From Lophium mytilinum (Eukaryota): a stretch of 64,000 nucleotides of DNA. The stretch is taken from contig MU004199.1 in assembly GCA_010093605.1 (NCBI GenBank), forward strand, positions 1,178,001-1,242,000. The letters are read 5' to 3'. The position numbers and the translations under genes were made by a program. The notes under the pieces were generated by a model. The model was not told the origin of the DNA and searched no databases. It saw only the letters and a program-made list of their open reading frames with translations. Of the stretch, positions 37,066 through 49,464 are shown piece by piece (position 1 is the first letter of the stretch; the number at the start of each line of letters is the position of its first letter).

Positions 37066-39149
37066 ATGAGGCTCTCAACTCTCGCCCTCGCGGCTGGTTT
37101 ATCAACAGCCGTGATCGGGGACCTGCTTTTCCATGAATCTCTCACTTTCAGGGAATATGATGAAGCTGTTGCTCTCGGATACACAGTGAAGACAGTGACA
37201 GATGATGAGTGGAAGGCGTTGACCACAGCTGATTTTGCCAAATACGAAGCTGTTGTCATCGCGGATCCCAGCTGCGGTGATGTCAGCCAGATCAAATTCT
37301 TCGAAGATTCCAAGACTGTGTGGTCACCAGCTATCACTGGAAACATCATCTTGATTGGTAAGATCCATTCTCACTTGGTTCCCTGGTTCCGCCGCATGAA
37401 AACTGACCATTCGAAGGAACCGATCCATCTTTCCACTTTGCCCACCCCGGTGCGAAGACGCTGATCGACAACAGCATCAAGTTCGTGGCAGCCGGAAAGT
37501 CCACATCCAACACTACTGAGACAGGCCTCTACTTCGCTCTCTCATGTTACTACGAGTCTGTCGACTCGGCAAAGGTCGATGCTCTTAGTGTCCTTGGTGA
37601 TTTCACAGTTCGAGGCAATCTTGCTTGCTACAATGATGCTCATCTAGAAGCTCACTCCGACGCAATGAACACCCTCGATGATGCAGCTCTTTCTGACTGG
37701 AGCTGCAGTGTCCACGAAGCATTCTCCTCGTAAGAGGCAAATCTGAGCCTTACCATGTGATCTCCTTCTGACATTTCATCTAGGTACCCTTCGGTCGGCA
37801 AGTTTGGTTTCCAGGCTCTGGCTATTGCTGATGGAATCTTGGGTAAGACTATGGTCTGAATCATATACACCTAAACTCCTAAACTAACTTCTTGAAAGGT
37901 GTCGGTAGCCAACACTTCGGTGATGCCCACGATGGTCTGCCCTACATCATCAGCAGAGGTGCTACTCCATCCAAATGCGGCGATGGCATTTGGGATCCTG
38001 AACTTGGAGAAGAGTGTGACGATGGCAATACGGTCAATGGCGACGGATGCTCCCTGAGCTGCAAGTGTGAAAGCGGCAAGGCCCTCGGCAATGGACATTG
38101 CGCTGCTCTCAATGTCACAACTAGCAGCAGCTCCACCTTCATTCCTAGCTCTACTGGCACCATTCCTACACCATCAGAGTCACCAGTGTACAGGTATAAT
38201 CCGTTCATGTTCAAAGATTGGTACCAAGCTAATCATCCCTTCAGCAACTCTTCATCGAGTATTGTGCAACCATCGTCCGCGCACTCGAGCGGAGGATACT
38301 CGCACTCGAGCCTCGCATCTCTTTCTTCCAGCGGCGGCTCATCCCCCACCTATAAACCATCTGGGTACCCGATTTCCACTCCACCTGTCTACACTCCTCC
38401 TTTCTCTACTCCAACCTACATTACTCCTGCATGCCCCACCGGCCCGAAGATCATCGGCGTGGAGATTATCATTGAGGTTACTATCACGGAGATTTGCAAG
38501 ACCTTAAACCCTACATCCACAGGTAAATAGAATCCAGTGCGAGATGGAACACTCAACGGCGTGCTAACTTGTCCAGTCACCGAAACCTCCACCGTGCCAT
38601 GTTCCACTAAGGAACGACCCATCTACGACATCGAGACGCCCGGCCTTCCATGCTACATTTGCGCCATGAAATCTGCAAGCCTCAGTTGTCCAAGCGGCAA
38701 GTTCGTCACCGTATCTACCGTAAGCCCTCCATCCATGCTTCCGCCCCTCCTATCCTATTTTAACCACTCCCCACTAACCTCGATAATACCAGACTGCTTG
38801 CTCCGCCTGCTCTACTTACGTCCCGCCGGTCCTCTACACTGAGGAATCCTGCTCAGGGTACACCGTCACCAACACTGATGTCATCGTCCCGTCCGCCACG
38901 TATTCCTACCCGCTGCGGGATTATCCGTCCGAGGTTCCGCACTCACACCAGCCGAAGACGACGGAGTATAGCATAGTTAGTGTCGGTTACCCGGCTACGA
39001 CTAGCTTGAGTACCTACATACCTACGGGCGCGTATACCCCGACGCCGAGCTCTAGCGTTGTGCTCTTTGAGGGCACTGCTGCGAACGTTGGTGTTGCGGT
39101 ATCGGCTCTTGCGGGTGCGGCTGTGCTAGCGCTGGCAGTGGTCTTGTAA
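37066..39149 (+). CDS. Secreted, probably GPI-anchored Ser/Thr-rich protein with a Myxococcus-type cysteine-rich repeat (multi-intron)
   Basis: Signal peptide MRLSTLALAAGLSTAVIG; CGDGIWDPELGEECDDGNTVNGDGCSLSCKCE; Ser/Thr/Pro stalk; hydrophobic C-terminus FEGTAANVGVAVSALAGAAVLALAVVL*. About six short introns; exon joins are approximate. Confidence 0.8.
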
Positions 39150-39523
39150 GTATATGGGATAGAAAGGGGGATGTAATGATAGCATGGTCCGATGTATTCT
39201 AGTGATTATGGTAAGGATCGGGGGTCTGCTTTCCTTGTCAAACGCTTCTTCATCTTCTTGTTTTGACACATTGGTATTTGGCGGTCTGTGGCTGGTCTCA
39301 TCCGAGGTGGCAGAGAAGGGAAACGGTAATTATAATTCAATAGTATGCATTGATGGGGTAGCTACTTTTAGGTTTGAATGCGTTTGTTCAAGCAAGCTTC
39401 AAGATCACTCGTCATGGTGTCCTGCCCAACGCTTCCACCTCCAATCTGTTGCACATTTCCACCCTGTCTGCATTCGGAGCAAAAAGACAAGCCCTTCACA
39501 TTCTAGATGGACACAAAAACTAA

Positions 39524-39617
39524 TGGGGTTAACCGGGATCGAACCGGTGACCTTTAGCTTGCAGGTCTACTGTGCAGGACCTTCAGGCTAACGCGCTCCC
39601 AACTGCGCTATAACCCC
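39524..39617 (-). tRNA. tRNA-Phe (GAA) with 21-nt intron
   Basis: Acceptor stem GGGGTTA/TAACCCC, D arm GCGC-AGTTGGGA-GCGC, anticodon stem TTAGC/GCTAA with CT-GAA-G, intron after position 37, T arm ACCGG-TTCGATC-CCGGT. A T5 Pol III terminator lies just downstream. Confidence 0.95.
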
Positions 39618-40502
39618 AGATGAGGCGGTGGCAGAAAAATAAACTGTACTCATAGACAAGTGTTTTGTTTGACCTAGAGTGCGTGAAATGGCTGTATATT
39701 TGTGTTGTGAATTTTGCTAGTCAGATAGTTTTGTGGGTAACAAGGGTGTTAGTGGTGTGAAGATCAATAACCTCGTCTCGCGGCTGGAGCTCCACAAATC
39801 AACACCGTCGAACACTTTCACACCACGAGCATGGATAAGGTTCAATGGACTTGATTATGGGTCTCAAAGAGAGCGCTTTCAATTGCGATTCCAAATAGGA
39901 TTTGACTGGAACAAATTCAAATTGCAACGCTCGTCTCTCTCTATCTCCCAAACACATTTCCTCTTCTTCGCCTACGTCAAAAGATCCCAACTAATTCAGT
40001 CTTGCGTCTACTTCGATGAAAATATAAAGAGAGATGTAGCTAGTAAAGAAGAATAGCACTCCTTAGCCACAGCACCAGGCCATAACTCTGGGGAAACTGG
40101 CTCGCCACTACTTGAGGGACCCTCACAGGATTTCGGAATTCCAAGCGCGAGGTCGAGTTTCAAGCAGTACAGATTAGGTTAACTCTTGAATGACTGCCCG
40201 CTTAGCAGCTAGGCTACCCCTTACAAAGGTGTCGAGCGAGCAAGCTTGCAGCCAGACAGTGATGAATCCGCGTGCCCAGACGCATGGCCTGGTACTGTAA
40301 ATAGATCGCGGATGTGTGTGCGCTGCAGAAACGAACTAGAGATACTAAAGCCTAACCTAGCAATTGCCTACTACCATCACAGCCACAACTTTCCCCCGTA
40401 TTATCCTCCCGTCCCCTCCTCGTACTCCTCGATAGACAATCTCACCCATCGATCCCTCCTCCTTCCTCCTATCCGACCCCCCTACATTCTTCCCTCCTGA
40501 CT

Positions 40503-42116
40503 TTAAAACCTCTTCCCACCATACCCACTCAACTTCTTCCACCCCTCAACCCCAAGCCTCCCTACTTCCCACAGTACCCTGCCTAGCACTCCAAACACCA
40601 ACCCCACCGCTCGTACCGGCCACGTAACCACCCACATCGCCTCCCTTACCGCATCAAGCACATACCACGCCCCCACCGCAACGTACAGCACCAAACACAC
40701 CTTCACCAGCAGCAACAACGCGCGTTGCAGTTGCGCGAAGCCGTTCTGCGCGCGCGCGGCAGGGGTGGCGGTGAGATGAGCAGGCGCGCCATTAAGCTTG
40801 TGCAGTCGGGGTGTTTGAGTCGTTGTGAAGTGGGAGGAGTAGGGTACAGGCGTGGGCGTTGGGGTGGGAGGTCGAGGTCCGGCGGGTTTGAGCCAAGAGA
40901 ACGAGAAGCCGAGACCCCGATTACGGGGTGTTTGCGACTTGGAATGAGTAGCGGCGTCAGATGTTGTATTCGCGGTGGTGGTCGGAGCGGTGTGCCAGGC
41001 CCCTGGCGTCTCTTTGAGGGTATATGCAACCGCGGGCGGAGCTACGACTCGGTTTTTGGTAGGAGAAGGGGTGCGGGAGGTTGTGTGTGCTGATGAAGAT
41101 GAGAAACCGGATGAGGAAGAGGAGGCGTGCGAGCGGGTGGTGGCGGTGATGGTGGGGGCGGAGCGGGACCACCAGGACTCTTTCTGTGGCTTTTCGGGCT
41201 CGGCCTTTGCTTTGGCTTTCACGCAAATCTTGACTTTGTCTCTGCCTTTGGAAGGGGAGTGAGGTGGAGAATGCTCAGCGCCGCCCAATGTGTCGCGAGG
41301 GGTCGTACGGTGATCCTCCTGGTAGGAGGAAGGTTCTGCAGCGACGGTCTTTCGGGCGATCGAGTGAGCTGGTGTTGAGATCGATCGTGGGTGGCGAGCA
41401 TGTTGCGGTGGGACTGGAGGGGGGAGCGGTGGTGAAGCTGGAAACGTCCCTGGAGAGTCTGTGGGAGGAGACATTGGAGGCGTAAGCAGCTGCTCCATGA
41501 CAACTTCAGGAGCTGAGTGTGGATCAGGATACGCATAGTCCCACGATGCGATGCGGTTAGATATAGGCTCTTTCCTGTACTCTTGAGACGCATTTCTGCG
41601 AGTCTTCTCTGCATAGTGCTGGTATGCTGCTACTTGGGCCAGAGATGGGGAAGGCAACTTGGCGCGGAACTCGCATTTGGGGCGCTCAGCAGGCGGTTCA
41701 ATTGGCTCCCTCGTAGTTGGCATAAGAATCGCAAAAGCGTCCGATTCGAATGGTTCTTCCTCCCCTTGGCCGTCTGTCAAGATCGTTGCGTTCGACGTCT
41801 TGCGGGATCGCTGAGTTCGTTTGGTCGCCGGGCTAGATTTTATTTCCATCCACCAGTCCTTCGAATTGGACCGCCAGCTACCCTGTCTCGCGCTTTGAGG
41901 GCGCACACTTCCATTGGGGAACAAGGCTTTTGGAATCGCTGGTCGTTTCAGCGCCTCCTCCAGGGTCTCTGGAGTGTGATGGGTATTCAAGATGCTGACG
42001 TTGCTGGGACTAATCCGACCGGTCTTGGGATTTGGAAATCTAGCCGTAATAAAATCTGTATTCTGTCGCACGCGCACTTTCTGCGTTTCGGAAAGGGGAT
42101 GGGCGAAGGTCTCCAT
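40503..42116 (-). CDS. Hypothetical Pro/Ser-rich protein with C-terminal transmembrane segment(s)
   Basis: Long intronless ORF starting METFAHPLSE; hydrophobic tail LLLLVKVCLVLYVAVGAWYVLDAVREAMWVVTWPV. Confidence 0.75.
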   Translation of the reverse strand: METFAHPLSETQKVRVRQNTDFITARFPNPKTGRISPSNVSILNTHHTPETLEEALKRPAIPKALFPNGSVRPQSARQGSWRSNSKDWWMEIKSSPATKRTQRSRKTSNATILTDGQGEEEPFESDAFAILMPTTREPIEPPAERPKCEFRAKLPSPSLAQVAAYQHYAEKTRRNASQEYRKEPISNRIASWDYAYPDPHSAPEVVMEQLLTPPMSPPTDSPGTFPASPPLPPPVPPQHARHPRSISTPAHSIARKTVAAEPSSYQEDHRTTPRDTLGGAEHSPPHSPSKGRDKVKICVKAKAKAEPEKPQKESWWSRSAPTITATTRSHASSSSSGFSSSSAHTTSRTPSPTKNRVVAPPAVAYTLKETPGAWHTAPTTTANTTSDAATHSKSQTPRNRGLGFSFSWLKPAGPRPPTPTPTPVPYSSHFTTTQTPRLHKLNGAPAHLTATPAARAQNGFAQLQRALLLLVKVCLVLYVAVGAWYVLDAVREAMWVVTWPVRAVGLVFGVLGRVLWEVGRLGVEGWKKLSGYGGKRF

Positions 42117-42809
42117 TGAGGTTATGGTATGAAAAACGCAAGCGAGCTCGTTCACGCCTATGGCGCTTGGAGTCGCAGGATTTTACTTCAGATGCTCAAG
42201 TTACTGTAATGTGTGGTGAACAGACTTTTTGAAGGATATTGACAGTTAAAAGAGTCCCACAGATTATGACGTGGTGTCGTTGTTGGGTGGCGCAGAGGAA
42301 TGCGTGTGGCTGGCAGGGAGATGAGGAATTCGATACAGTCCACGCTGGCGAGACAGCAGATGAAAACGGATCGATTGTTGACCGGCCCTCCTCTAAATAC
42401 TACTAATGTTCTTCTGAGAAAATATGGATATGACCATGACGTACGTAGTCCGAATGTGAAAGTCAATTCAAGAGTACGAAATTGGTCAAACCAGGGACTC
42501 CGAAGAACCGCAAAACATGGAAATGAGATTTTTCTTACCGTCCAACCAGTACCAGAAACGGCTCCTCATATATTGGGGGGTCAAAAAGATAGGTTCACGC
42601 TCTTATTTCTTCAACTCCATGCGTATCGCATATTGCTTGAATATTTACTTCTAAAGCTGGCCTGAATCTTGAAGATGCCAAGGTTCTAAGAAACCAATTA
42701 TGTACATGTGAATACGCGATTTCGAGGGTATCCAAGCGTAGTCTGTCGTGATTTCGTAAATCATATGAAAGTCAGCCAAGCGCTAGATAAGATGTAGCTA
42801 GCTCAAAGG

Positions 42810-43920
42810 CTAGCCAAAGGATCCAATCACAACAGCTTTACCAGATGAGTTATCTCGTTGGAGGAGAGACTTCTCATACATCAAAAGCAGGTGCGAAGTC
42901 CGGATGAGAAGTTCTGTATTGAGGATTAGCCTGCAGTCACTTCAAGTGATCCATCCAATGACGGGCTTACCGTCGTACTCAACCTCATAGCTCACAGGCA
43001 TATCCTCTTCTATGTGTAGGAGAATGGGCACTTCGCGCCTCAACTTCCGGTCCCGGATATTAAAGCGTATACCAGTGTTCTTCGCGGGGCTAACCCAAAG
43101 GAGATTCTCTTCGTCCAATCCCAGAGTTGTGTTAGTATTTACCTCCTGGCCCGCATACCCTTCTCCAACACTACCAACTCTACTACTTCCACTGTTCCCC
43201 CTCTTTGCCATCTTTCCTAACCAATCCCGCCACACCCTCACAACTCCCTCCTCCACCTCGGTATATGCCATAAAGATCCCAGGTCTCGGCCCATTTCTGA
43301 CTATATAGCCCACCGCGCACAATTGCGTGAACAGCTCATGGCTTTCTAGACCCAGTATCTGCTTGACCATGTCATCTTTATCAGCCCTCGTTCCGGCGCC
43401 CGCTGAACTAGAGTCCGGGTGTGTCCGACTGCCCGGAACGTCCCCGGCTGGATGCCGATTGACACGTCGTCGGGCCGGCTCGATCTCGCGCCTATGCGGC
43501 CGGAAGCGTGAGTACAAGTTCCTAAGCTCGCCGAGACGCGCAGGAAGGTCTACGTCGGTTTCGCTCGGACAATAATACGGGGAGAGCCCTTCGGTGCCAT
43601 GATAAGTACAGAAATAGGGAGGCTCGGTAAGCTTAGCGGAGGGGTGGTAGCATTCTAGCATGAGGGTGTGGTCATGGAGCTGCGAGGCAAGATATAGGCG
43701 GTTGTGTAGGATTCTGAGGACCAAGGCATAGATCCGATGAGATATCAGGGTCAATGGGAGTAGCTCAAGGGTTGGCAGCGGTGACAAAATGTGCAGAATG
43801 ATCTGAGAGATTTAGCTGAGGACAAAGGAAGTTGGTGGGGTGGGAGTCGAGTACCTCATTGGGGAGAGTGTAGAGGTAGCATTGATCCGGGACCATGTTG
43901 GACGATTGATTGACGGCCAT
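42810..43920 (-). CDS. F-box domain protein
   Basis: Spliced N-terminus YLYTLPNE/IILHILSPLPTLELLPLTLISHRIYAL (F-box pattern), LMLECYHPSAK, ELFTQLC, last exon ELLIRTSHLLL...KAVVIGSFG*. Two introns. Confidence 0.85.
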
Positions 43921-44228
43921 ATTGTATATCTAGGGAGTTCGACGCAGGGAGGTGGTGATAGAGTTGTGGAGCGATAGCGGCGAAAGATACCTAGGTAGAT
44001 AGTGAATGGAGTTAAGAGCTTAGTGCCGTACGTCATTTTAGCGCGTATTCAACTACGGCGGACGACAGCAACCGTCTTGCAGAAACACGCGACTAAACAC
44101 CACGCCAGCATCACCAACTGTGTCACATCACCTCGCGTTATCTGAGGACGCCCACAGCAGTACGGCCACATTTTGTGCGGCCTACAGCTTCCTTTCGATC
44201 CTTTTGAGTATCGTTTCTCATCGTCATC

Positions 44229-45917
44229 ATGTCTACAGGCATGCAGCACTTCGTTCGTGAAGGCGGCAAAGTCTCCAATCTCGGTCAGCAAGCCACTCAG
44301 CCTGCCAACGACCGTCGTCGAATAGCTGGCGGTGCCAAAATGCCCGTTCCAGGTACGCCACGCAAAGGAACTGTTCCTCCAGCACCTCCAGGCAACCCAG
44401 CATTCGGTGCTCCGGCTCCATTCGCTTTCGCGAAACCCAATAGGCCGACGTCTGCTTTGGCCCAAGCCCGCATTCCCATTGGCCAAAATGAGAAAGGAAA
44501 GCACACCGTTCGCCCAGGACGAGATGCCTATGATACGGATGCCGAGAGCTTGGACACGACTGTCCACGGCACTCGAAGCGCTGCTCAAAGCGTCGTGCAG
44601 GTGAAAGACAGTCAGGCCCTGGAATTCACTCAGCAGTACAGTGACGACGCTGGAAATCCTGAAAGTGATGATGAGGGAGAGCACCAAGGCAATGAAGAGG
44701 GCGTTGCTGAAGACAATCAAGACCGCATGACTCGTCATGAACCTGTCCCCTCCAACACGCTTCATTTCCTAGACAGGCGTCTCCTCGACGAAACGGACCT
44801 GAAGTCGTACCCAACCACTACTTCGGGTCGGATGGAAGATGAGGAAGCTCATGAAGGTGGCGCAAGCTCAGAACTTGAGCCGGATCCAATCCCGTCGCCT
44901 TCGCCACGTAAACAACGTGGACGCTTCGCGCAATCTCAAATGGATGAATCTCGTAACGTCCAGCAAAGTCGTCGGCCCATCACTCTACCGGTACACTCTG
45001 CAGCCTCCACTCGACAACTTGCAGAAGTCGGCTCCTCGAGACCGAAGTCTTTCCCGAATCATGCGACCCAGGGTTCTGACAGGCCTCGGACTCAAGCGTC
45101 ATCTCAAGCTCAACTCCACGTTTCGGATCAATCGCGCCAACAAGCGGCTGCTCTTCGTGCTAACAACAAGCCTCAGCCTCATCATCCCACTCAACCCGTA
45201 GCTCGCCCAAAGAGCGCTGGTGGCAGATCCAATCACCAAGCGTTACAAGCAGGTCCTCACCCTGAAATGCCCCCGCCTCCCACCTACGGCTTCAATTCAA
45301 CGCAGCCTCCAGCTTACAGCCACACCCCCAAGGCCGCCCAAGACCTAGATCTAGACATGCCGGCTCGGGAAGTGTTCTCACACCCAACTCACGCTCCCCA
45401 GGCAAAGGCCCAGTCCGTGAAGACGGTTGTTACTGCTCAGCCGCAACACCAACGTGAGTCTTCGCCCACCGAGACCGAGGAGGAGAATTATGAAGACTAC
45501 GACCGACCCGCCTTGCTCCAGATGGACTACAAGGAACTGAAGAACGAATCCTTCGACACCATACCACGCGGGAAGACACTGCCTCTCTCCGATGAGATGA
45601 AGAAAGCTCCACTTGAAAACCGGCTCGCCTTTGTCCAGCAAAAGCTTTCGCTAGAAGACCAGAACAAGTTCTTCAGCTCGATCTCCACGCGTGAGTGGGA
45701 GGAAGCGGGCGATTGGTTCCTCGGGCGTTTCGGAAGCATCGTAAAGAGGATGACAGAAGTGAGGAAGGAGAAGCGGAAGCGAGCTATCGAGTTCGAAAAC
45801 GAGATCGAGAAGCGACACGAGCACGTAGCGAAGAGGCATAAGACGGTTGAGGATGCCATGGCGAAGATGAGGAACAAAGGGCAGACGTTGCTTCCTCGCT
45901 CTCCCCGAAGGGACTAG
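44229..45917 (+). CDS. Protein with C-terminal ECM11 (extracellular mutant protein 11) domain
   Basis: Disordered N-terminus; C-terminal DYD...MDYKELKNESFD...FFSSISTREWEEAGDWFLGRFGSIV...FENEIEKRH, the pattern typical of fungal ECM11-domain proteins. Confidence 0.8.
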   Translation: MSTGMQHFVREGGKVSNLGQQATQPANDRRRIAGGAKMPVPGTPRKGTVPPAPPGNPAFGAPAPFAFAKPNRPTSALAQARIPIGQNEKGKHTVRPGRDAYDTDAESLDTTVHGTRSAAQSVVQVKDSQALEFTQQYSDDAGNPESDDEGEHQGNEEGVAEDNQDRMTRHEPVPSNTLHFLDRRLLDETDLKSYPTTTSGRMEDEEAHEGGASSELEPDPIPSPSPRKQRGRFAQSQMDESRNVQQSRRPITLPVHSAASTRQLAEVGSSRPKSFPNHATQGSDRPRTQASSQAQLHVSDQSRQQAAALRANNKPQPHHPTQPVARPKSAGGRSNHQALQAGPHPEMPPPPTYGFNSTQPPAYSHTPKAAQDLDLDMPAREVFSHPTHAPQAKAQSVKTVVTAQPQHQRESSPTETEEENYEDYDRPALLQMDYKELKNESFDTIPRGKTLPLSDEMKKAPLENRLAFVQQKLSLEDQNKFFSSISTREWEEAGDWFLGRFGSIVKRMTEVRKEKRKRAIEFENEIEKRHEHVAKRHKTVEDAMAKMRNKGQTLLPRSPRRD

Positions 45918-46476
45918 TGATCTTGATCTGGAGCTCATGTGTGGAGAACCTACAGACGGTCGGGAAGTATGAGTAATGAGTTATGAATTATGACTACATG
46001 CATCAGATGGTCAAAAGGAAAAAGTAATGCATCTCTACGAGGACGTGTCGGTTATGTTTCTCTTTTTTTCTTTCTCACAGTTCCGCATTTTCGCATGGAG
46101 CCGATATCTCCCAATTCGAAGAAATCCAGAAACCATGTACGATATGGTGTCTCCATTGCACGGCGCTATATACCTTTCAAGCTGTATCTGAAGTCCCGTA
46201 CCGTTATGGAATTCAAGTGCAAACATGTTCGTATCTCAATGTAGCTTCTACTTAAAAATAATCACACTCAGTCCACAAGCCATCAGTCAGTCGTATCACT
46301 CTACTGATTAAAGTAGATTTGATTGCAAGGGTGTCAAAAAATGTAACCACAAAGAGCAATTCATCATCGAAACCCGTACTAGCTCAGGACTCGAATGATC
46401 AACCTTACGTCCGCTCCTGTCGAACACATCCTCATTTTCCACGGCTTCGAGCTTTGTATCTTCTGCAATCTTCATC

Positions 46477-48347
46477 TCACGTGCGCCTCTCGAATACTAG
46501 GTCTAATATCCCCATCGATAAGGTGAAGATATCCTCAGTATGATTCAAAAGATCGTTCCCGTCTTCGCCCGGAGCTAATCCCACATCCATTTGGGTAGCA
46601 AGAAGGGCCGCTGTAGTTTTGATTGACATCAGCGCCATGCCTTTCCCAATGCAAGAGTCTGTTCCTGCACTAGCTGTTAGCGCACATATCGAACGGAGAA
46701 GCAAAGTGGACTACCCCTCGAGAAGGGCTGATACGCATCCATGACCTTGACTAGCTCTGGTTGATCAGTCCACCGCTCCGGAATGAACTCTAAAGGTCTT
46801 TGAAAGACTTTCTCGGCTGTGCAATGTCAGTATTCGTCAAAGTCTATAGAGGCTGGTAGCTTACATCGCATCAAGCTCCATGTCGGCGTCCGGATGACAG
46901 TGTAGCCCGGAATGAACTTGCCATCGACGGTGATCCCCTCGGGAAGAACCAGTCGCTGAAGTCCAGAAGGAATTGGGGCATGGAACCGCAGCACCTCATT
47001 GAACAAGCCATTCAAATACGGCAGGTTCGTGATGTTTCGGTACTCGAAAGGCTTATCCTTAGTAACGGGGTCCAGCTCCTCCCGGAGCTTCGCCAACATA
47101 TCGGGGTGCTTCGCAAGGTGGTAGAAGAGGTGCTTTGGAGTCGACGCAGTCGAGTCGCTGCGATGTGTCAGCTTTTGTGGCAAGAAGGATGGAGTTCGCG
47201 AGGACCTTATCTTCCCGCAATGATGAGGAGATGGGCATCCCCAATCAACCAATCGAGCTCAGTCCTAGGATCTGTTCCCTCCAATGACGCTTCAATCAAA
47301 TAGCTCATAATGTCCGCATGCTCAAAAGTCATCTACGCTTATCAGATCACACAGCTCATCTCCGTTATCTCTCTTTTGTTTGACACACTTTCTTCCTCTC
47401 CTCGACCTGCGCCTCAATCCATCCCATGAACTTTTGAACCACGGACCCCACGAACGGCAACCTTGTTCATATCCTAAACAGCCACGGCCGAAGGCGAGTT
47501 CGCCCACGATGTCGAAGGAGAGGTAGATAAACCGGGCGGACATGTTGATGGGGACGCCGGCGTTAGCTTCTAGATAGGCTAGGAGCTCGGTGGCGTAACG
47601 CGCGACACGGGGTTCGTAGGAGTGGAGGGTTGGGTCGGCATTAGGAGAGTGGGATAGATAGTCTAGGTAGGGAGTGGAAGTACCTTTGCTGGAAAAGCCG
47701 TTCTCCCATATGCGCCGACGCTTGTCGTGCACCGATACATCGCGCGATGTTTGCATTGAGATTAGTGGCTTCGTGATGTCGTAGAAGGGGGGCTTGGTGC
47801 ATTTGCTCCCACGCCCAATGGCGGCTTTGAGAGCATTTGGGGAGAGGATGGACAGCTCTCTTGGACCTAGAGTATGTCTCTTAGTGCCACTTGATCGAGT
47901 CTTGATCGAGGAGAAGGTAGTTACTTACCAATCCGCACCCAATCCCCATACTGCCGATGCCACCGATCCAACAGCTTGAAGTTATCATACTTCCCCAACT
48001 TACTGACGTGGTACAGCTTTGATACTGCTGCTAGTTTAGGACCAGGGGAATGTCTCAGTTGGGGGAAGAAGAGACGGTAGATCACTATCCGGCTCCTATG
48101 GCGGTAAGTATGCTCCAACCATCCACGTAGTCACACGAGCGGCGTCGAAGATGCCATACTCGGAGAACTTGAGGAGTGAGGCGTATAGAACAGCAATTGT
48201 TGCGAGGAAACCCTGGGCAATGTTTGGAGCTTGGAGGTGGTATTCGCCGTGGATGAAATAGCCTAGATGGGAGATGATACCGAAGACAGCGGAGAGGAAA
48301 CATCGTTGAGGCGGCCCAGCTGGGGAGAAGATGTCTGGGGATGCCAT
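46477..48347 (-). pseudogene. Cytochrome P450 pseudogene
   Basis: PGPKLAAVS, EVLR, PERW and FSRG/TDSCIG are retained. Lesions: frameshift near 48090, apparent deletion plus frameshift near 47488, in-frame TGA at 47467-47469, and a splice donor reading AT instead of GT at 47209-47210 in the I-helix AGSD. Confidence 0.8.
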
Positions 48348-49464
48348 TGCGAATCTGTTGCAGACACCCGACGAGTCGAATTTGACCGTAGTGTTCACTG
48401 ACTATCTATGTCAGGGAAGAGTTGTGCGGGGGCTACGGCAGGTGCACTCCACCTATTGCATACAACGTCAAATTCCTCTCGACTTCTTCTTGTTCGTGAC
48501 AATATCGCCGTACTAGGTATGTATCATCTCTTCTCTAAAACTGAGAATAAGGGCTTTCGAAAGGGGGAAAGGCGGAACCTCAGGGTCTACTCGTCGTCAC
48601 AATGGTGGGCGGGACACACTAGTCCCCTTCCTTTACGGCTGACTTCGTGGCTTGATTTCCTTGACGCTGTACGATGAGACTTGCATGTGGTGACCGGGCT
48701 TGCACCTCTAGCTGCACAAAATCTTGACGCATCCCCAGTGGTCCCGAGATTTACACCACTTTTCGACTCTTTCAAGTTCATGAGGGTGCTCCTTACGGTG
48801 GTGTTAGGCGAGCAAAACGGTAGCCCTAGCAGTGCTATATCTAGTCACCTACATGAAGCTCTTAGGAGTTATGTATTACATTGACTCTAAAGTCAACACT
48901 TCAAAAATCAGTCTACCTTTTGATCGACCAGCAAGCTAGTACCCAGGGTCCTCCTCACAGTGTTGTCAAGTAAGTAAAGAGGAAGCCTGAGCAGCGTATT
49001 ATTGACGTCAGGAGGGTTTCTTTTGTGGGTCACGTCTCGCGCTTCCACGAGATCATATTTTGCCGTCTTAGCGGCCTAGAGCTCCAAATGACACAAGTTC
49101 AGACAAAGAGCTTCAAGCGAGACCAGTGCGCTCGCCGCTTTTTGATCTCTTTTCAGCCAACATCAGAGATGCAGATTGCTTGACGAGCTCTATCAGACTA
49201 GCTTCTGCATGCTCACAGCCACCGTCACGCGGCTATCTGGTGAGAAGTAGTGGCAGGGGATTAGCAGCGAGCAAAACTAATAGCGGAGCAGACCATTTGT
49301 AGCATTCATTTTAGTGTCTAAATTAGTGCTTTTGGGGGGATTGGAAGGTCAGAAGGGTAAAGTCATGAAGTTATGGAAGTAAGTAAACTGTACGAACACT
49401 ATTAATGAACAAGTCTCATACTTTTTGCTTAACATAAACTCCTACTGTACCAGAAACACGCAAC

